A stretch of DNA of 51,482 nt from an uncultured bacterium (GTDB lineage: Bacteria; Schekmanbacteria; GWA2-38-11; J061): assembly GCA_964549305.1 (NCBI GenBank), contig CAZJVM010000013.1, positions 1-51,482 of the forward strand. The letters run 5' to 3'. A program made the position numbers and the translations under genes. Below are positions 46,220 to 51,482 of this stretch, one piece after another. The notes below the pieces were generated by a model. The model was not told where the DNA came from, searched no databases, and worked only from the letters and a program-made list of their open reading frames with translations. Position 1 is the first letter of the stretch; each line of letters begins with the position of its first letter.

Positions 46220-46291
46220 TTGGGGCGGGAGGATTCGAACCTCCGAATGCAGGCTCCAAAAACCTGTGTCTTACCGCTTGACGACGCCCCA
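46220..46291 (-). tRNA. tRNA-Gln (anticodon UUG)
   Basis: Minus strand folds to a cloverleaf: TGGGGCG/CGCCCCA acceptor, CAGGT-TTTTGGA-GCCTG anticodon arm, GGAGG-TTCGAAT-CCTCC T-arm. CCA is not encoded. Confidence 0.96.
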
Positions 46292-46352
46292 ATAGAAAAC
46301 AAAAGCGAATATTCGTCAAAGGTTTCCTTTGCAGGAGTAAAACAAAACTTCG

Positions 46353-46628
46353 TCAGACAGTTTGCACCTCTTTTTTCAATGTTTCCTTATTATATTCTTC
46401 AAGAATCTTCTGTTCTATTTTTTGCCTCGTCTCGCTGTTGAGGGGATGGGCAAGGTCTTTGAATGTACCGTCCTTCTTCTTTCTGCTGGGCATTGCCACA
46501 AAGAGTCCGGTTTTCCCGTTAATCACCTTTAAATCACGGACAATGAAGCAGTTGTCGAAAATAATTGTTACATACGCCTTTAACTTCTCTTCATCAACAG
46601 GGTAAATTTTTACTTCCGTTATTTCCAT
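46353..46628 (-). CDS. spoVG: SpoVG family nucleic-acid-binding regulator
   Basis: MEITEVKI...KLKAYVTIIFDNCFIVRDLKVI...GLFVAMPSRK...FKDLAHPLN. Confidence 0.95.
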   Translation of the reverse strand: MEITEVKIYPVDEEKLKAYVTIIFDNCFIVRDLKVINGKTGLFVAMPSRKKKDGTFKDLAHPLNSETRQKIEQKILEEYNKETLKKEVQTV

Positions 46629-47512
46629 TGCTGACTCCTGTTAAAAAATGTGTTGTTAATTCCTTTTGCAAGATAGACATTTTCATATCTTGCCATCGCC
46701 CTTGTATAACTAAAACGCGCATCCTTTTCACAGGAAAAAAGACCGAACACTGCAGATCCGCTTCCTGACATAAGAGATGCAATCGCTCCCGAATTTTTTA
46801 GAAAATCCTTAATATCTCCGATTTCCTTATGCCTTGAAATCGTTACTTTTTCAAGGTCGTTTACCAAACCGGACGCCCAGCGAGGGGACACCCCTTCTCT
46901 TTCAATTAATGAAAGGAAACCTTTAATATCTTTAGAGGCTTTTGTCAATCTTAAATTTAAATGATTATATATATATTTTGTACTCACAAAAATGTCCGGA
47001 CAGACAATTAGAAACCAGATATCATAATTAATTACAATATTTTTTACAACATCCCCTATCCCGCCTATGAACGAAGGCAATCCGTTGATAAAAAAGGGAA
47101 TATCCGCGCCTACCCTCTTCCCCATTTCATAAAGCTCATCCCCGGAAAGATTTAAATCCCATAACCCGTTTAAAACATTGAAGACCGTCGCCCCGTTACT
47201 GCTTCCTCCGCCAAGCCCTGCGCCTGCCGGTATATTCTTATAGATGTCGATTTTAACCCCTTTCTTCACTGAGTATTCCCGTTGAAGAATTTCCGCAGAT
47301 TTATAAGCTATATTTTCCTTACCGCCGGGTATATCCATACCGTGGCAGAAAACCTCGATTGCGGGGCTATCGGTAAGAGTGAAATCTAAAATGTCATAAA
47401 TAGTCACCGGAATCATAACCGATGAAATATCGTGGTATCCGTCATCCCTCCTGAAGTTAACATAGAGGCATAGATTTACCTTCGCCGGGGATTTAACAGT
47501 CAAAGGTTTCAT
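46619..47512 (-). CDS. ispE: 4-diphosphocytidyl-2-C-methyl-D-erythritol kinase
   Basis: SPAKVNLCL, DGYH, KNIPAGAGLGGGSSN, GADIPFF, NDLE, MSGSGS. Confidence 0.97.
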   Translation of the reverse strand: MKPLTVKSPAKVNLCLYVNFRRDDGYHDISSVMIPVTIYDILDFTLTDSPAIEVFCHGMDIPGGKENIAYKSAEILQREYSVKKGVKIDIYKNIPAGAGLGGGSSNGATVFNVLNGLWDLNLSGDELYEMGKRVGADIPFFINGLPSFIGGIGDVVKNIVINYDIWFLIVCPDIFVSTKYIYNHLNLRLTKASKDIKGFLSLIEREGVSPRWASGLVNDLEKVTISRHKEIGDIKDFLKNSGAIASLMSGSGSAVFGLFSCEKDARFSYTRAMARYENVYLAKGINNTFFNRSQQWK

Positions 47513-48333
47513 TACTCGACTTCCTTTATTTTGAAATTCATTGGATTTCTAAATTCAAATTTTTCGGAAGTAAGCTCATTATTTACGGATATTTCCTTAA
47601 TCACGAGGCTGAAAGTTTCAATGCCCGAGGAATTCATAAAATTTACAGAGAGGGGAAATTCCAACCCCCTATCGTCACCAACAGCACCTTTATAGGTTAT
47701 CACTGAGGGCGAGTCGCCACCTTTGCCGTAAATCTCCACTCTTGCAGGTGTCAACATCTTCCTGTCGATAAAATATTCCAGCCGTCTGTTCTCAAAATCA
47801 TAAACCGTAAGCCGGTAAAAATACTTATCTCCAGAAATATCAACGCTGTAACTTTTTCGCTTTTCAAAATCCACGGGCATCCTTCCCGTCACAAAGTCGA
47901 TAAATCCTGAAATCCTCCCCGAAAAACCCGTAATCCTCTCCATTATTTTTTCCGGAGGAGTTGACAGAATAACGCGACTGTTTCTGAAATCGGTAAGATA
48001 GGACTTCTCCATATCGCCGACAATCGTTGCCACGGGATTTCCAAAAGGCGAAAGTATCTGAATGTTATGATAACCCGGTCTTTTTAAAAGAATTGCAATC
48101 TTGAATTTCTTTTTCCCTTCCTTGGCGTTTATTTCACCTTTGCCGAATATTTTTACATTATCAATGGAAGTTTCCTGCTTCGTTTCAAGAATTTTTACAA
48201 GCTCGCTTTGCGAGGTAATTTCACCGGTTTTACTGATTTCCTTTTTTCTGAAGGCGCATCCCGTAAAAATCACCATCTGCGCAGATAGCGACAAAAGGGC
48301 ACACCAGATAAGGACATTTTTAATTTTCTTCAT
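47512..48333 (-). CDS. Lipoprotein, LolB-like / DUF4292-like
   Basis: FTGC lipobox after a signal peptide starting at ATG 48333, ILSPFG motif, and the lolB position directly upstream of ispE. Confidence 0.65.
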   Translation of the reverse strand: MKKIKNVLIWCALLSLSAQMVIFTGCAFRKKEISKTGEITSQSELVKILETKQETSIDNVKIFGKGEINAKEGKKKFKIAILLKRPGYHNIQILSPFGNPVATIVGDMEKSYLTDFRNSRVILSTPPEKIMERITGFSGRISGFIDFVTGRMPVDFEKRKSYSVDISGDKYFYRLTVYDFENRRLEYFIDRKMLTPARVEIYGKGGDSPSVITYKGAVGDDRGLEFPLSVNFMNSSGIETFSLVIKEISVNNELTSEKFEFRNPMNFKIKEVE

Positions 48334-48546
48334 TAATCTCCGTTTTCCTGAATTTTTAAATTTCGTTACTCTATTCCAGCTTAAATTATTTTGCAATGAT
48401 TAGTGCTTTTCGCGAATTGACGGATTTTTCCCCGATTAGGGTTGTATCTTTAAAAAAAAACCTATAAGGTTTCACCTTGCAAACCATAATTTCATTATCT
48501 TTAAAAATATTTTTTTGCTGTAATCACATTAATCCGGGAGGTCGCA

Positions 48547-49530
48547 ATGGATGACAATGAAATAAATTTAAACCTTAAAAATATCAAACTTCCCGATTTC
48601 AAGGGAGGAAATATCGCCTGGATTGTACTTCTCGCCTTCATCATCCTCTTTGCTTATTCGACTTTCATTACCGTTGCACCCGAAGAGGTGGGTGTAATCC
48701 TGCGCCTTGGAAAGTATAACCGTGTAGTGGAACCAGGACTCCGGTTCAAACTCCCCCTTGGCATAGAACAGGTTTACAAGGTACCCGTTCAGAGACAGCT
48801 TAAGGAGGAATTCGGATTCAGGACAGTGGACGCGGGAGTTCGGTCTAATTTTTCATCGGCAAACTACAAGGATGAGTCCCTGATGCTGACAGGTGATCTC
48901 AATGCGGCAGTGGTTGAGTGGATAGTCCAGTACCGGATTCAGGAGCCTGAAAAATTCCTCTTCAAAGTCCGCAACGCGCGCCTCACATTCAAGGATATGA
49001 ATGAAGCCGCTATGCGTGAAGTTGTGGGCAACAGAACTGTAAACGAGGTTCTTACCGTGGGCAGACAGGAAATAGCAACCGCCGTGACTAACAAGCTTCA
49101 GGAACTTTGTAACGAATATGAACTGGGCATCAAGGTCGATCAGATAGTTCTTCAAAATGTAACTCCTCCCGATGAAGTAAGACCTGCATTCAACGAAGTG
49201 AATGAAGCACAGCAGGAAAAAGAAAAACTCATCAATCAGGCAAGGGCGGAATATAATGGAGTTATTCCCAAGGCACGCGGACAGGCGGAAAGAGTCATAG
49301 AAGAAGCAAAGGGTTACGCTCTTGAAAGAATCAATCAGTCGCGGGGCGATGCGTCCCGTTTTAACGATGTTTACAGGGAATATATGAAAGCAAAGGAAGT
49401 AACAAGGCAGAGAATCTATCTTGAAACAATGAATGAAATTATGAATAAGGTCGGGCGAAAGCTCATTGCGGACCAGAAAGCGTCTGGAATACTTCCGTTG
49501 TTTGATTTAAACAGGGAGGGCAAAAAGTGA
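48547..49530 (+). CDS. hflK: FtsH protease modulator HflK
   Basis: TM plus SPFH domain, MLTGD, PPDEVRPAFNEVNEAQQE, PKARGQA, VTRQRIYLETM. Confidence 0.95.
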   Translation: MDDNEINLNLKNIKLPDFKGGNIAWIVLLAFIILFAYSTFITVAPEEVGVILRLGKYNRVVEPGLRFKLPLGIEQVYKVPVQRQLKEEFGFRTVDAGVRSNFSSANYKDESLMLTGDLNAAVVEWIVQYRIQEPEKFLFKVRNARLTFKDMNEAAMREVVGNRTVNEVLTVGRQEIATAVTNKLQELCNEYELGIKVDQIVLQNVTPPDEVRPAFNEVNEAQQEKEKLINQARAEYNGVIPKARGQAERVIEEAKGYALERINQSRGDASRFNDVYREYMKAKEVTRQRIYLETMNEIMNKVGRKLIADQKASGILPLFDLNREGKK

Positions 49531-50474
49531 ATATGACAAAATTATTGCCTTTTGTGGTTATAATCGCAGTTATCGTCCTTCTTCTCTCATCATCGGCTTT
49601 CATCGTAAATGAAGCCGAGCAGGTTATAATAACTCAATTCGGAAAACCGGTGGGCGACCCAATCAAAGAGCCCGGTATTCATTTCAAGATTCCCTGGGTC
49701 CAGAAGGTAAATTTTTTTGACAAACGATTTTTGGAGTGGGACGGCTCGCCCAATCAGGTGCCCACAAAGGACAAAAGGTTCATATGGGTTGACAGCTATG
49801 CACGCTGGAGAATCTCTGACCCTCTGCTTTTTTTCCAGAGGGTGCGCGATGAAAGGGGGGCACAGACGCGCCTTGACGACATAATTGACGGCGGAATAAG
49901 AAACGCCATTGCAAATAACAATCTCGTTGAAGTGGTGCGTTCATCCAACAGAACTCCGTCAGCAAATGAAGACCTGACTGAAGGCGAAGAAAGCACGGTG
50001 TTTTTAAACATAGAATTCGGACAGGAAAAGCTTACACGCTCTATCATAGAAGCGGCAGCGCCCCGCACGGCAGAGCTTGGAATTGAGCTTCTCGATGTAC
50101 GTTTCAAACGAATCAATTATGTAGAGGAAGTGCGCCGTAAAATTTTTGAACGAATGATATCGGAGAGAAAAAGAATAGCCGAAAAATTCCGCTCCGAAGG
50201 ACAGGGTAAAGCAAGCAAGATACTCGGCGACAAGGAACGGGAGCTGAAAAAAATACAATCAGGCGCCTACCGTGAGGCTCAGGAAATCAAAGGTAAGGCA
50301 GATGCCCAGGCGGCGGCAATCTACGCAAAAGCTTACAATCAAAGCGCTGCTTCACGGGATTTCTTTAAGTTCATTAAAACAATGGAAACATATAAAACAG
50401 CTCTCTCTGAAAAGGATTTTCTGCTTCTCTCCACTGAAAGCGATTTCTTCAAATATCTCAGGAAGCAGAAATAG
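49527..50474 (+). CDS. hflC: FtsH protease modulator HflC
   Basis: TQFGKP...PGIHFKIP, WRISDP, RMISERKRIAEKFRSEG, FFKYL. GTGA overlap with hflK. Confidence 0.95.
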   Translation: MNMTKLLPFVVIIAVIVLLLSSSAFIVNEAEQVIITQFGKPVGDPIKEPGIHFKIPWVQKVNFFDKRFLEWDGSPNQVPTKDKRFIWVDSYARWRISDPLLFFQRVRDERGAQTRLDDIIDGGIRNAIANNNLVEVVRSSNRTPSANEDLTEGEESTVFLNIEFGQEKLTRSIIEAAAPRTAELGIELLDVRFKRINYVEEVRRKIFERMISERKRIAEKFRSEGQGKASKILGDKERELKKIQSGAYREAQEIKGKADAQAAAIYAKAYNQSAASRDFFKFIKTMETYKTALSEKDFLLLSTESDFFKYLRKQK

Positions 50475-50493
50475 GATTATTATTTGATTCAAT

Positions 50494-50540
50494 CTCTCCG
50501 GACTATCCCTCCCTCGTGGGAGGGATGAGCGGGGGGGTGA
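50494..50540. repeat. GC-rich palindromic element between convergent hflC and DUF4197 genes
   Basis: ATCCCTCCC-TCGT-GGGAGGGAT (50505-50526) with an outer CTCTCCG/CGGGGGG wobble stem and no U-tract. Confidence 0.5.
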
Positions 50541-50556
50541 TATAAGTGTACTTCTC

Positions 50557-51270
50557 TTATTCAAAAACCTTCTTCAGCAATTCTGTAACCCGTGCCGCGG
50601 GATTCTTTCTTATCTTCTTCTCTTCCTTTGCAACCAAATAAAAGAGTCCGTCCAGGGATTTATCTGTCACATAATCACCAAGGTCGGGCGTGTCGATGTT
50701 CACGAGAGGAAGGCTTTTCAGCTTATCGGTCATATTGTAATAATAATTCGTAACCCCCACGCCTTTCATCGATTCCTCAACATTCGGCTTGAATGAATCA
50801 TAAAGACGTTTAGATGTCTTCTTGCGAAAAAAATCCGTTGCCGCAGTATCGCCTCCCTTTAAAATTTTCTTTGCGTCAGCAAAAGTCATCCCCTTGACCG
50901 CATCGATGAATATGGATTTGGCTTCAGGCGCCGCTTTTTCCGCTGCCCTGTTCATACTCTCCACAAACTCGTCAACCTGCTTGTCAAAACCAAACTTCCT
51001 CAGCGTATCGGCAGTCTTCTGAAGTTTTTCCGGAAGAAGAATTTTAATCGCCTTGTTCTTGAAATATCCGTTAAGCTTTGATGCAGATGCCACGGAGTTG
51101 TCCGTTGACACTTCAAGAGCCTCCTTCAGTCCCGCAATGATAGTATCGGTGTCAAGGGCACCGCTTTTTCCGGAAATTCCCTTGAGTAAATCTCCTGACA
51201 TATTACTGCAGGAAAGAACGGACATAAATAAAACCGAAACAGCAAACAAAGAGAAAATTTTCTTCATCAT
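50557..51270 (-). CDS. DUF4197-domain lipoprotein
   Basis: VLSC lipobox, GLKEAL, IKILLPEKL, MNRAAEKA, DGLF, EEKKIRKNPAARVTELLKKVF. Start moved to ATG 51270 or 51267, which follow GGGAGG. Confidence 0.88.
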   Translation of the reverse strand: MMKKIFSLFAVSVLFMSVLSCSNMSGDLLKGISGKSGALDTDTIIAGLKEALEVSTDNSVASASKLNGYFKNKAIKILLPEKLQKTADTLRKFGFDKQVDEFVESMNRAAEKAAPEAKSIFIDAVKGMTFADAKKILKGGDTAATDFFRKKTSKRLYDSFKPNVEESMKGVGVTNYYYNMTDKLKSLPLVNIDTPDLGDYVTDKSLDGLFYLVAKEEKKIRKNPAARVTELLKKVFE

Positions 51271-51408
51271 TTTCCTCCCGGGAATTGATATTTTATGAGT
51301 CTGTGACAGATTAAGCACTTGTGGATATAATTCCAGCATATTGAATTGACTTTGTAAATGAAAAACAATTACAGACAAAAAACTGAAAACTAATTCAGAA
51401 AAAGGAAA

Positions 51409-51482
51409 TGGGCCTGGGGTGATTCGAACACCCGGCCTACGGATTAGGAATCCGTTGCTCTATCCTGCTGAGCTACAGGCCC
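51409..51482 (-). tRNA. tRNA-Arg (anticodon CCU)
   Basis: GGGCCTG/CAGGCCC acceptor, GCTC/GAGC D-stem, ACGGA-TTCCTAA-TCCGT anticodon arm, GGGTG-TTCGAAT-CACCC T-arm. Its 5' end is at the window edge and CCA is not encoded. Confidence 0.96.

Noticed and set aside
46220-46441. 73-aa ORF beginning MGREDSNLRMQAPKT
   Set aside because: It is a translation of the antisense strand of tRNA-Gln, a common spurious ORF.
46353-46628. Sporulation inferred from spoVG
   Set aside because: SpoVG occurs in many non-sporulating bacteria, and no other sporulation genes are present.
48547-51482. Genomic island integrated at the 3' end of tRNA-Arg
   Set aside because: I saw no integrase and no duplicated tRNA 3' end in the window, and the downstream genes (DUF4197, hflKC) are ordinary chromosomal genes.

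Overview
This is an AT-rich (judged by eye), gene-dense chromosomal window from a diderm bacterium. Gene order and content look Deltaproteobacteria-like or candidate-phylum-like, but the taxon cannot be fixed from sequence alone. It holds about 59 CDS and two tRNAs (Gln-UUG, Arg-CCU). I saw no integrase, transposase, prophage or CRISPR array. The right arm is core housekeeping: lolB-like/ispE/spoVG/tRNA-Gln/prs/rplY/pth/rpsF/ssb/rpsR/rplI/dnaB/alr, yceD-rpmF-plsX, galU-hsp20-lon and hflKC. The left and middle are rich in protein-quality-control genes: a site-2 protease next to a rhomboid, DegP, OsmC, a ferritin-like protein, usp-clpB, and an expanded dnaK-hsp20-hsp20-dnaJ-grpE-grpE-orfX-dnaJ cluster. 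That cluster is followed by a GldA/F/G-like ABC module with DUF4340, DUF1844 and an acyltransferase. The best candidate for an undescribed system is the doubled DnaJ/GrpE cassette. It carries two divergent tandem GrpEs with N-terminal I-x-I/V-like motifs, one of them shared with the DUF1844 protein, plus a translationally coupled orphan helical protein. Three non-coding signals accompany it: an internal terminator, a perfect 19-bp dyad immediately before dnaJ1, and a 13-bp long-range inverted repeat overlapping the dnaK Shine-Dalgarno. All family calls come from motif recognition by eye; no database search was run.
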